Shown in pieces: positions 43,901 to 58,900 of a stretch of 64,000 nt of DNA. This stretch comes from Octopus vulgaris. Lineage: Eukaryota. Below the pieces are notes generated by a model, which saw nothing but the letters and a program-made list of their open reading frames with translations, searched no databases and was not told where the DNA came from. The stretch is from the NCBI GenBank assembly GCA_951406725.2, contig OX597830.1, positions 51,398,001 to 51,462,000 on the forward strand, given 5' to 3'. Both the position numbers and the translations under genes were made by a program. Within the stretch, counting starts at the first letter, position 1; the number at the start of each line of letters is the position of its first letter.

Positions 43901-46900
43901 CAGAACCAGCAACCACTACAGAACCAATACCCACAACAGAACAAACAACCACAATAGAACAAGCAGCCACAACAGAACCAATACCTACAACAGAACAAAC
44001 AACCACAACGGAACCAGCAACCACAACAGAACCAATACCCACAACAGAACAAAGAATCACAACAGAACCAAAACGCACAATAGAACAAAGAATCACAACA
44101 GAACCAATACCCACAACAGAACAAACAGCTACAACGGAACCAGCAACCACAACAGAACAAATATCCACAACAAAACAAACAATCACAATAGAACCAACAA
44201 ACACTACAGAACCAATTCCCACAACAGAACAAAAACTCACAACAGAACCAATACACACAACAGAACAAAGAGCCACAACAGAATACGCAACCACTACAGA
44301 ACCAATACCTACAACAGAACAAAGAATCATAAAAGAACCAATACCCACAACAGAACAAACAACCACAACAGAACCAGCAACCACAACAGAACCAATACCC
44401 ACAACAGAACAAACAACCACAACAGAACCAGCAACCACAACAGCAGCAATGCCCTCAACAGAACAAACAACCACAACAGAACAAGCAGCCAAGACACAAC
44501 CAATACCCACAACAGAACAAAGAATCACAAAAGAACCAATACATACAACAGAAGAAAGACCCACAACAGAACCAACAGCCACTACGGAACCAATACCCAA
44601 AACAGAACAAAGAATCACAACACAATCAATATCCACAACAGAAAAAACAATCACAACAGAACCAATATCCACAAAAGAACAAAGAATCACAACAGAACCA
44701 ATACCCACAACAGAACCAGCAACCACTACGGAACTAATACCCACAACAGAACAACGAATCACAACAGAATCAATACCCACAACAGAACAAACAAGCACAA
44801 CGGAACCAGCAACCACTATAGAACCAATACCCACAACAGAACGAACAATCAGAACAGAACCAATACCCACAACTGAAAAGAGAATCACAACGGAACCAGC
44901 AACCACAACAGAAGCAATACCCACAACAGAACAAACAATCACAAAAGAACCAATACCCACAACAGAAAAAAGAATCACAACAGAACCAGGTAACACTACA
45001 GAACCAATAGCCACAACAAAACAAACAATCACAACAGCACCAATTCCCACAACCGAACAAACAACCACAAGAGAACCAGCAACCACTACAGGACCAACAC
45101 CCACAACAGAACAAACAACCACAACAGAACCAGAAACTACTAGGGAACCAATAACCACAACAGAACAAAGAATCACAACAGAACCAATACCCACAACAGA
45201 ACAAACAACCACAACAGAACCAGAAACCACTACAGAACCAATACCCACAACAGAACAAACAACCACAACAGAACCAGCAACCACTACAGAACCAATACCC
45301 ACAACAGAACAAAGAATCACAACAGAACCAATACCAACAACAGAACAAAAAACCACAACAGAACAAATACCCACAATAGAACAAAGAATCATAACAGAAA
45401 CAATACCCACAACAGAACAAACAACCGCAACAGAACCAGCAACCATTACAGAACCAATACCCACAACAGAACAAAAAACCACAACAGAACCAGCAACCAC
45501 TACAGAACCAACACCCACAACAGAACAAACAACCACAACAGAACCAGAAACCACTACAAAACCAATACTCACAACAGAACAAAGAATAACAACAGAACCA
45601 ATACCCACAACAGAACAAACAACCACAACGGAACCAGCAACCACTACAGTACCATTAACCACAACAGAAGAAAGAATCACAACAGAACAAAAAATCACAA
45701 CAGAACCAATACCGACAACAGAACAAACAACCAGAACAGAACCAACAATAACTACAGAACCAACAATAACTACAGAACCAATACCCAAAACAGAGCAAAC
45801 AACCCTAACGGAACCAGCAACCACTACAGAACCGATACCCACAACAGAACAAAGAATCACAACAGAACCAATACCCACCACTGAACATGCAACCACAACA
45901 GAACATGCAACCACAACAGAACCAATGCCCACAACAGAACCAGCAACCACAACAGAACAAACAATCACAACAGAACAAGCAACCACTACAGAACCGATAC
46001 TCACAACAGAACAAACAACAACAATGGAACCAGCAACCACAACAGAACCAATACCCACAGCAGAACAAAGAATCAAAACACAACCAGAACCAACAACCAC
46101 TACTGAACCAATACCCACAACAGAACAAACAACCTCAACAGAAGCAGCAACCACTACTACAGAACCAATACCCACAACAGAACAAAGTATCACCACAGAA
46201 CCAATACCCACAACAGAACAAACAACCACAACAGAACCAGCAAACACTACGGAACGAATACCCAAAACAGAACAAACAACCAAAACAGAACCAGCAACCA
46301 CTACAAAACCAATACCCACAACAAGACAAACAACCACAACAGAACCAGCAATCACTACAGAACCAATACTCACAACAGAACAGAGAATAACAACAGAACC
46401 AATACCCACAACAGAACACACAACAACGGAAACAGCAACCACTACAGATCCAATACCCACAGCAGAACAAAGAATCAAAACACAACCAATACCCACAACA
46501 GAACAATCAACCACAACAGAACCAGAAACCACTGCAGAAACAATACCCAAAACAGAACAAAGAATCGCAACAGAACCAATACCCACAACAGAACAAACAA
46601 CCACAACAGAACCAGAAACAAGTACAGAACCAATACCCACGACAGAAAAAACTACCACAACAGAACCAGCAACCACTACAGAACCAATACCCACAACAGA
46701 ACCAGCAACCACTACAGAACCAATACCCACAACAGAACAAACAACCACTACAGAACCAATACTCACAACAGAACAAAGATTCACAACAGAACCAATACCC
46801 ACAACAGAACAAAGAATCACAACAGAACCAATACCCACAACAGAACAAACTACCACAACGGAACCAGCAACCACTACAGAACAAACACCCACAACAGAAC

Positions 46901-49900
46901 AAACAACCGCAACAGAACCAGCAACCACGACAGAACCAATACCCACAACAGAACAAATAACCACAACACAACCAACACCCACAACAGAACAAACAACCAC
47001 AACAGAACCGGCAACCACAAGAGAACCAATACCCACAACAGAACAAAGAATCAGAACAGAACGAATACCCACAACAGAACACACAAACACAACAGAACAC
47101 ACAACCACAACAGAACCAGCAACCAAACCAGAACCAATCTCCACAACAGAACAAACAACCACCACAGAACCAATACGCACAACAGAACAAAGAATCACAA
47201 CAGAACCAATACCCACTACAGAACCCACAATAGAAGAAACAACCACAACGGTACCAGCAACCACTGCAGAACCAATACCTACAACAGAATCAATACGCAC
47301 AACAGAACAAACAACCACAACGGAACCAGCAACCACTACAGAACCAATAATCACAACAGAACCAGCCACCTCTTCAGAACCAATACGCACAACAGAACAA
47401 AGAATCACAACAGAACCAATACCCACTACAGAACCCACAACAGAAGAAACAACCACAACGGTACCAGCAACCACTACAGAACCAATACCTGCAACAGAAC
47501 CAATACGCACAACAGAACAAACAACCACAACGGTACCAGCAACCACTGCAGAACCAATACCTACAACAGAACCAATACGCACAACAGAACAAACTACCAC
47601 AACAGAACCAGCAACCACTACACAACCAATATCCACAAGAGAACAAACAACCACCACCCAACCAATACTCACAACTGAACAAACAACCACACCAGAACCA
47701 GCAACCACTACAGAACCAGCAACCACTACAGAACCAATAATCACAACAGAACCAGCCACCTCTTCAGAACCAATACCCACAACAGAACAAAGAATCGTAA
47801 CAGAAGCATTACCCACAACAGAACAAACAACTACAACGGAACCAGCAACAACTACAGGACCAATACCCACAACAAAACAAACAACCACAACAGAACCAGA
47901 GACCACTACAGAACCAATGCCCCCATCAGAACAAACAACCACAACAGAACCAATACCAACAACAGAACAAACAACCACTACAGAACCAGCAACCACTACA
48001 GAACCAATATCCACAACAGAACAAAGAATCACAACAGAACCAATACCCACAACAGAACAAATAATCACAACAGAATCAATACCCACAACAAAACAAACAA
48101 CCACAACAGAACCAATACCCACAACAGAACAAACAACCACAAGGGAACCCGCAACCACTACAGGACCAATACCCACAACAAAACAAACAACCACAACAGA
48201 ACCAGCAACCACTACAGAATCAATACCCACTACAGAACAAACAACCACAACGGAACCAGCAACCACTACAGAACCAATACCCAAAACAGAACAAAGAATC
48301 ACAACTGAACCAATACCCACAACAGAACAAACAACCACAACGGAACCAGCAACCACTACTGAACCAATACCCACAACAGAGCAAACAACCACAACAGAAC
48401 CATCAACCACTATAGAACCATTACCCACAAAAGAACAAAGAATCACAACGGAACCAATACCAACCACTGAACAAACAACCACAACAGAACCAATACCCAC
48501 TACAGAACAAACAACCACTACAGAAGCAGCAACCACTACAGAACCAATACCCACAACAAAACAAAGAATCACAACAGAACCAATACCCACAACAGAACAA
48601 ACAACCACAACGGAACCAGCAACCACTACAGTACCAATACCCACAACAGAACCAATACGCACAACAGAACCAACAACCACAACAGAACCAGCAACCACTA
48701 CAGAACCAATACCCACAACAGAACAAATAATCACAACAGAACCAATACCCACAACAGAACAAACAACCATCACATCAGAAACAACAACCAAAACAGAATC
48801 GATAACCACGTCAAAACCAACAGCCACAATAAAGCCAACAACCTCATCGGAACCAACAAGCGCAACAAAGCCAACAGTCACAACACAAACAACAACCACA
48901 ACATCACCAACAACCAGAACTGACTCAACAACCACAACAATACCAACATCCACAATAATACCAACAACAGAACCAACAACATCTACAACGCTATCAGCCA
49001 CAACTACAACAGAACCAACAACCACAAAAGAACCGTCAGCCACAACAGCCTCAACAGCCAGAATGGAACCGGCAACAACAATACCAATAACCACATCAGA
49101 AACAACAAATACAACAGAATCGACAACCACGACAAAACCAACAACCTCGTCAGAACCAATAAGCACAACAAAGCTAACAGTTACAACACAACCAACGACC
49201 ACAACATCACCAACAGCCACAACAATACCAACATCCACAATAATACCAACAGCTACAACAGAATCGACACAACAACAGAACCAACAACCACAACAGAACC
49301 AACAACCACAACAATACGAACAACCACAATAAGGCCAACAGCTACAATCGAATCAACAACTACCACAGAACCAACAACCACAACAGAAACAACATCCACA
49401 ACAACACCATCAACAACATTGAAACCAACAACCACATCAGGACCAACAATCACAACAAAGCCAACGACCACAGAATCCACAACTACAACACAATCAAAAA
49501 CAACTACAAACGCAACGACCACAACAAAACCAACAACAACAGAACCAGAAGCCACAACAATACCAACATCCACAACAGATCAGACAACCACAACTAAAAC
49601 AACATCCGCAACAGAACCAACAACCTCAACAAGCCTAACAACCACAACGGAGTCAGCAAACATAACAGCACCAACAACGACACCAGAGCCAACAACCACG
49701 GTAATACCAACAACGAAAACCATGCCAACAACCAAATTACAGCCGACAACCAAAAAAATAAAGCCAACAATTTTAACAGAAACAACAACCACAACAGAAC
49801 CAACAACCACACCAGAACCAACCAACACAACAGTACTAACAACCACAACAGAAATGACAACCACAAAAATGCCAACAACAAGAGCAAAACCAACAACCAC

Positions 49901-52900
49901 AACAGAACAAATTACCACATCAGAACCAACAAACAAAACGGAACTGACAATCACAACAGCTCCAACAACCTCAAGAATATCAGCAGCCACAACTATACCC
50001 ACAACTACAATAAAACTAACATCCACCTCAGAAGCCATAATTACAACAAAACCGACAACTACAGCAGAATCAACAGCCACAAAAGTACTCACAACCAAAA
50101 CAGAACCGAAAACCACTACAACACCAACAACCAAAACAAAGACAACTGCCACAACTGAACACACAACTACAACAATGCCAACAAGCAAAACAGCAAAAAC
50201 AACCACAACAGAACCAACACGCACAACAAAACCAACAACTACAACAGGATTAACAAACATAACACAACCAAGAATCACAGCAGAAACAACAACCACAACA
50301 GTAGAAACAACCTCACCAGAAACAAAAACCACTACAATGCCAACAACCACACAAAAACCGACCACAAGAGATCCAGCAATCACATCAGAGACCATAACCA
50401 CAAGAGAAGACACAACTACACCAGAACCAACAACCACAACAGAGCCGACAACAACAACAATAGCAACAACCACAACAGAACCATCAACCACAACAAAGGC
50501 AACAACCACAAGAGAACCCACAAATACAACAGAACTAAACACCACAAAAGAAACTACAACCATAATAGAACCAACCGCTACAACAGAACCGACAAGCACG
50601 ACAGGACCAAGAACCACAATGGAACCAAAAACCTCAACAACGTTAACAACCAGAAGAAAGCCAACAACTACAACAGAACCAACTACCAAACGAGCACCAA
50701 CAGATACAAAAGAACCGACAGCCAAAGCAGCACGAACAACCACAATAGAATCGACAAGAACAACAATACTAACGACCACATCAGAAACTACAATTATAAC
50801 GAAACCAACAACCTCAACTGTCTCAACAACCACAACAATGCCATCATCCACAACAAGACCAACAGCCACAACATTACCAACAACCACAACAATACCAACA
50901 ACCACGAATGAAGCAACAAACACAAAAGAACCAAAACCTACAACAGAACCCACAAACACCACAGAACCAACAACCACAACAGAACCCACAAACACAACAG
51001 AACACACGACCACAACAGAACCAACAACCACAGCAATACCAACAACCACAACAAAACCAGCAACCACAACAATAAGAACAACCACAAAAATACCAACAAC
51101 CACAACAGAACCCACAACCACAGCAATACCAACAACCACAACAGAACCAACCACCACAACAATACCAACAACCACAAAAGAACCAACAACCACAACAATA
51201 CCAACAACCACAACAATACCAACAACCACAACAGAACCAACAAGCACAACAGAACCAACCACCACAACAATACCAACAACCACAACAATACCAACAACCA
51301 CAACAGAACCCACAACCACAACAGAACCAACAACCACAACAACACCAACAACCAGAACAATACCAACAACCACAACAATACCAAAAACCACAACAATACC
51401 AACAACCACAACAGAACCCACAAACACAATACCAACGACAACAACAGAACCCACAACCACAACAGAACCCACAACCACAACAATACCAGCAACCACAACA
51501 ATACCAACAACCAGAACACACAACCACAACAGAAACCACAAGCACAACGATACAAACGACAACAACGATACCATTAACAACAACAGAACCCACAACCGCA
51601 ACAGAACCAACAACCACAATACCAAAAACCACAAAAGAAAAAACAACCACAACCACAACAGAACCCACAACCACAACAAAACCAACGACCACAACAATAC
51701 CAACGACCACAACAATACCAATAACAAGAACAGAACCAACAACCACAACAGAACCCACAAACACAACAGAACACACGACCACAACAGAACCAACAGCCAC
51801 AACAATACCAACAACCACAACAAAACCAACAACCACAACGATACCAACAACCACAACAATACCAACAACCACAACAGAACCCACAACCACAACAATACCA
51901 ACAACCACAACAATACCAACAATCACAACAGAACCCACAACCACAACAGAACCAACAACCACAACAATACCAACAACCAGAACAATACCAACAACTACAA
52001 CAATACCAAAAACCACAACAATACCAACAATCACAACAGAACCCACAACCACAATACCAACGACAACAACAGAACCCACCACCACAACAGAACACACAAA
52101 CACAACAGAACCCACAACCACAACAATACCAGCAACCACAACAATACCAACAACCAAAACAGAACACACAACCACAAGAGAAACCACAAGCACAACAATA
52201 CCAACGAACAACGATACGATTAACAACAACAGAACCCACAACCACAATACCAAAAATCACAAAAGAAACAACAACCACAAACACAACAGAACCCACAACC
52301 ACAACAAAACCAACGACCACAACAATACCAACGACCACAACAATACCAGTAACAACAACAGAACCAACAACCACAACAGAACCCACAAACACAACAGAAC
52401 ACACGACCACAACAGAACCAACAGCCACAACAATACCAACAACCACAACAAAACCAACAACCACAACAATACCAACAACCACAACAATACCAACAACCAC
52501 AACAGAACCCACAAGCACAACAGAACCCACAACCACAACATTACCAACAACCACAACAGAATCAAAAACCTCAACAATACCAACAACCACAAAAGAACAA
52601 ACAACCACAACAATACCAACAACCACAACAGAACCTACAAGCACCAGAGAACATACAACCACTACAGAACCCACAACCACAACAATACCAACAACCACAA
52701 CAATACCAACAACCACAACGATACAAACAACCACAACAGAACCCACAACCAAAATACCAACGACCACAACAGAACCCACAACCACAACAGAACCCACAAC
52801 CACAACAGAACCCACAATTACACCAATACCAGCAACCACAACAATACCAACAACCACAACAGAACACACAACCACAACAGAAACCACAACCATAACAATA

Positions 52901-55900
52901 CCAACGACCACAACGATACCATTAACAACAACAGTACCCACAACCACAACATTACCAACAACCACAACAGAACCAACCACCAATACAATAACCAGCAACC
53001 ACAAAAGAACGAACAACCACAACAATACCAACGACCACAACAATACCAGTAACAACAACAGAACCAACAACCACAACAGAACCCACAAACACAACAGAAC
53101 ACACGACCACAACAGAACCAACAGCCACAACAATACCAACAACCACAACAAAACCAACAACCACAACAATACCAACAACCACAACAATACCAACAACCAC
53201 AACAGAACCCACAACCACAACAGAACCCACAACCACAACATTACCAACAACCACAACAGAATCAAAAACCTCAACAATACCAACAACCACAAAAGAACCT
53301 ACAAGCACCACAGAACACACAACCACAACCACAACAATACCAACAACCACAACAATACCAACAACCACAACAGAACCCACAACCACAACAGAACCAACAG
53401 CCACAACAATACCAACAACCACAACAGAACCTACAAGCACCACAGAACACACAACCACAACAGAACCCACAACCACAACAATACCAACAACCACAACAAT
53501 ACCAACAACCACAACAGAACCCACAACCACAACAGAACCAACAGCCACAACAATACCAACAACCAGAACAATACCAACAACCACAACAATACCAAAAGCC
53601 ACAACAATACCAACAACCACAACAGAACCCACAAACACAATACCAACGACAACAACAGAACCCACAACCACAACAGAACCCACAACCACAACAATACCAG
53701 CAACCACAACAATACCAACAACCACAACAGAACACACAACCACGACAGAAACCACAATCACAACAATACCAGCAACCACAACAATACCAACAACCACAAC
53801 AGAACACACAACCACAACAGAAACCACAAGCACAACAATACCAACGACAACAACGATACCATTGACAACAACAGAACACACAACCACAATACCAACAACC
53901 ACAAAAGAAACGACAACAACAACCACAATGGAACCCACAACCACAACAATACCAACGACCACAACAATACCAACGACCACAACAATACCAATAACCACAA
54001 CAGAACCAACAACCACAACAGAACCAACAGCCACAACAATACCAACAAACACAAAAGAACCAACAACCACAACAATACCAACAACCACAACAATACCAAC
54101 AACCACAACAGAACCTACAAGCACAACAGAACCCACAACAACAACAGAACCCACAACCACAACAATACCAACAACCACAACAATACCAACAACCACAACA
54201 ATACCAACAACCACAACAATACCAACAACCACAACAGAACCCACAACCAAAATACCAACGACCACAACAGAAACCACAACCACAACAGAAACGACAACTA
54301 CAACAATACCAGCAACCACAACAATACCAACAACCACAACAGAATACACAACAACGGAAACAACAACGGAAACCACAACCACAACGATACCAACGACCAC
54401 AACGATACCAATAACAACAACCACAATACCAACAACCACAATAGAAACAACAACCACAACAGAAACGACAACAACAACAATACCAGCAACCACAACAATA
54501 CCAACAAACACAACAGAGCCCACAACCACAACAGAACCCACAACCACAACAATACCAACGACCACAACAATACCTAAGACCACAACAATACCAATAACCA
54601 CAAGAGAATCCACAACCACAACAGAACCTACAACCACAATACCAACAGCCACAAGAGAAGCAACAACCACAACAATACCAACAATACCAACAACCACAAC
54701 AGAACCCACAACCACAACAGAACCCACAACCACAACAGAACCCACAACCACAACAGAATCCACAACAACAACAGAACCCACAACCACAACAGAACCCACA
54801 ACCACAACAGAACCCAAAACCACAACAGAACCAACAACTACAATACCAACAACCACAAAAGAAGCAACAACCACAACAATACCAACAACCACAACAATAC
54901 CAACGACCACAACTGAAACCACAACCACAAGAGAACCAACAACCACAACAGAGCCCACAACCACAACAATATCAACGACCACAACAATACCAACAACCAC
55001 AAAAGAACAAACAACCACAACAGAACCTGAATCTAAAACAGAACTCACAGCCACAACAGAACCCACAACCACAACAAAACCAACATCCACAGCAGAACCC
55101 ACAACCACAACAATACCAACAACCACAACAGAGCCAACCACCACAACAATACCAACAACCACAACAATACCAACAACCACAAAAGAACCCACAACCACAA
55201 CAGAACCCACAACCACAACAATACCAACAACCACAGCAATACCAACAACCACAATAATACCAACAACAACAACAATACCAACAACCACAACAATACGAAC
55301 AACCACAACAATACCAACAACCACAACAGAACCCACAACCACAACAGAACCAACAATCACAGAAATACCAACAACCACAACAATACCCACAACCACAACA
55401 GAACCCACAACCACAACAGAACCCACAACCACAACAGAACCCACAACCACAACAATACCAACAACCACACCAATACCCACAACCACAACAGAATACACAA
55501 CCACAAAAATACCATTAACAACAACAGAACCCACAACCGCAACGGAACCAACAAACACAATACCAACAACCACAAAAGAAGCAACAACCACAACAATACG
55601 AACAACTACAACAATACCAACAACCACAACAATACCAACAACCACAACAGAACCCACAACCACAACAGAACTCACAACAACAACAGAACCAACAACCACT
55701 ATACCAACAGCCACAAAAGAAGCAACAACCACAACAGAAACTACACCCACAACAGAACCCACAACCACAACAGAACTCACAACCATAACAATACCAATGA
55801 CAACAACAATGCCAATAACCACAACAGATCCAAAAACCACGACAGAACCAACAACCACAATACCAACAAGCACAAACGAAGCAACAACCACAACAATACC

Positions 55901-58900
55901 AGCAACAATAATAATACCAACAACCACAACAATACCAACAACCATAACAGAACCCACAACCACAACAGAACCCACAACCACAACAGAACCAACAACCACA
56001 ACAAAACCAACAACCACAACAATACCAACAACCACAACAGAACCCACAACCACAACAGAACCCACAACCACAACAATACCAACAACCACAAAAGAACCAA
56101 CAACCACAAAAGTACCAACAACCACAACAATACCAACAACCACAACAATACCAACAACCACAACAGAACCCACAACGACAACAATACCAACCACCACAAC
56201 AATACCAACAACCACAACAATACGAACAACCACAACAATGCCAACAACCACAACAATACCAACAACCACAACAATACCAACAACCACAACAGAACCCACA
56301 ACCACAACAGAACCCACAACCACAACAATATCAACAACCACAACAATACCAACAACCACAAAAGAACCAACAACCACAAAAGAACCAACAACCACAACAA
56401 TACCAACAACCACAACAATACCAACAACCACAACAGAACCCACAACCACAACAGAACCCACAACCACAACAATACCAACCACCACAACAATACCAACCAC
56501 CACAACAATACCAACCACCACAACAATACCAACAACCACAACAATACCAACAACCACAACAATACCAACAACCACAACAGAACCCACAACCACAACAGAA
56601 CCCACAACCACAACAATACCAACAACCACAACAATACCAACAACCACAACAGAACACACAATCACAACAGAACACACAACCACAACAGAACACACAACCA
56701 CAACAGAAACCACAACCACCACAAATCCAACGACCACAACAATACCATCGACCACAACGGAACCCACAACCACAACAATACCAACGACCACAACAATACC
56801 AACGACAACAACAATGCCAATAACCACAAGAGAAAACACAACCACAACAGAACCAACAACCACAATACCAACAGCCACAAAAGAAGCAACGACCACAACA
56901 ATACCAACATCTACAACAGAACCCACAACCACAACAGAACCCACAACCACAACAATGCCAACGACCACAACAATACCAACGACCACAACAATACCAACAA
57001 CCACAACAGAACCCACAACCACAACAGAACCAACAACCACAATACCAACGACCACAACAGAACCCACAACCACAACAGAACCCACAACCACAACAGAACC
57101 CACAACCACAACAGAACCCACAACCACAACAGAACCCACAACCACAACAATACCAACGACCACAACAATACCAACGCCCACAACAATACCAACAACCACA
57201 ACAGAACCCACAACCACAACAGAACCAACAACCACAATACCAACGACCACAACAGAACCCACAGCCACAACCACAACAATACCAACAACCACAACAATAC
57301 CAACAACCACAACAGAACCCACAACCACAGCAGAACTAACAACCACAATACCATCGTCCACAACAGAACCCACAACCACAACAATTCCAACGACTCCAAC
57401 AATACCAACGACCACAACAGAACCCACAACCACAACAGAACCAACAACCAGAACAATACCAACAACTACAACAATACTAACAGCCACAACAGAAACCACA
57501 ACCACAACAGAACCCACAACCACAATATCAACGACCACAAAAATGCCAACGACCACAGCGATGCCAACAACCACAACAATACCAATAACCACAACAGAAC
57601 CCACAACAACAATACCAACAACCACAAAAGAAGCCACAACCACAGCAATACCAACAACCACAAAAATACTTACAACCACAACAATACCAACAACCACAAC
57701 AGAACCCACAACCACAACAGAACCCACAACAACAACAGAACCCACAACAACAACAATACCAACGACCACAACAATACCAACAACCACAACAGAACCCACA
57801 ACCACAACAGAACCTACGACCACAACACCAACGACTACAACAGAACCAACCACCGCAACAATACCAAAAACCACAACAATACCAACAACCTCAACAGAAC
57901 CCACAACCACAACAGAACCCGCAACCACAACAATACCAACAACCACAACAATACCAACAACCACAACAATACCAACAACCACACCAATACCCAACAACCA
58001 CAACAGAACCCACAACCACAACAGAAACCACAACCACAACAATACCATTAACAACAACAGAAGCCACAACCGCAACAGAACCAACAACCTCAAAAGAAGC
58101 AACAACAACAATACCAACAACCACAACAATACCAACAACCACAACAGAACCCACAACCACAACAGAACTCACAACAACAACAGAACCAACAACCACAATA
58201 TCAACAGCCACAAAAGAAGCAACAACCACAACAGAAACCACAACCACAACAGAACCCACAACCACAACAGAACCCACAACAATACCAATGACGACAACAA
58301 TGCCAATAACCACAACAGAACCAAAAACCACAACAGAACCAACAACCGCAATACCAACAACCACAAAAGAAGCAACAACCACAACAATACCAATAACCAT
58401 AACAATACCAACAACCACAACAATACCAACAACCATAACAGAACCCACAACCACAACAGAACCCACGACCACAACAGAACCAACAACCACAACAATACCA
58501 ACAACCACAACAATACCAACAACCACAACAATACCAACAACCACAACAGAACCCACAACCACAACAGAACCCACAACCACAACAATACCAACAACCACAA
58601 AAGAACCAACAACCACAAAAGAACCAACAACCACAACAATACCAACAACCACAACAATACCAACAACCACAACAGAACCCACAACGACAACAATACCAAC
58701 CACCACAACAATACCAACAACCACAACAATACGAACAACCACAACAATGCCAACAACCACAACAATACCAACAACCACAACAATACCAACAACCACAACA
58801 GAACCCACAACCACAACAGAACCCACAACCACAACAATATCAACGACCATAACAATACCAACAACCACAAAAGAACCAACAACCACAAAAGAACCAACAA

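Noticed and set aside
6807-46390. Short + strand Gln/His/Leu- or Gln/Asn-rich ORFs (6807, 7329, 14394, 20034, 32850, 42077, 45887)
   Set aside because: Out-of-frame readings of the Thr repeats that overlap the main CDS.
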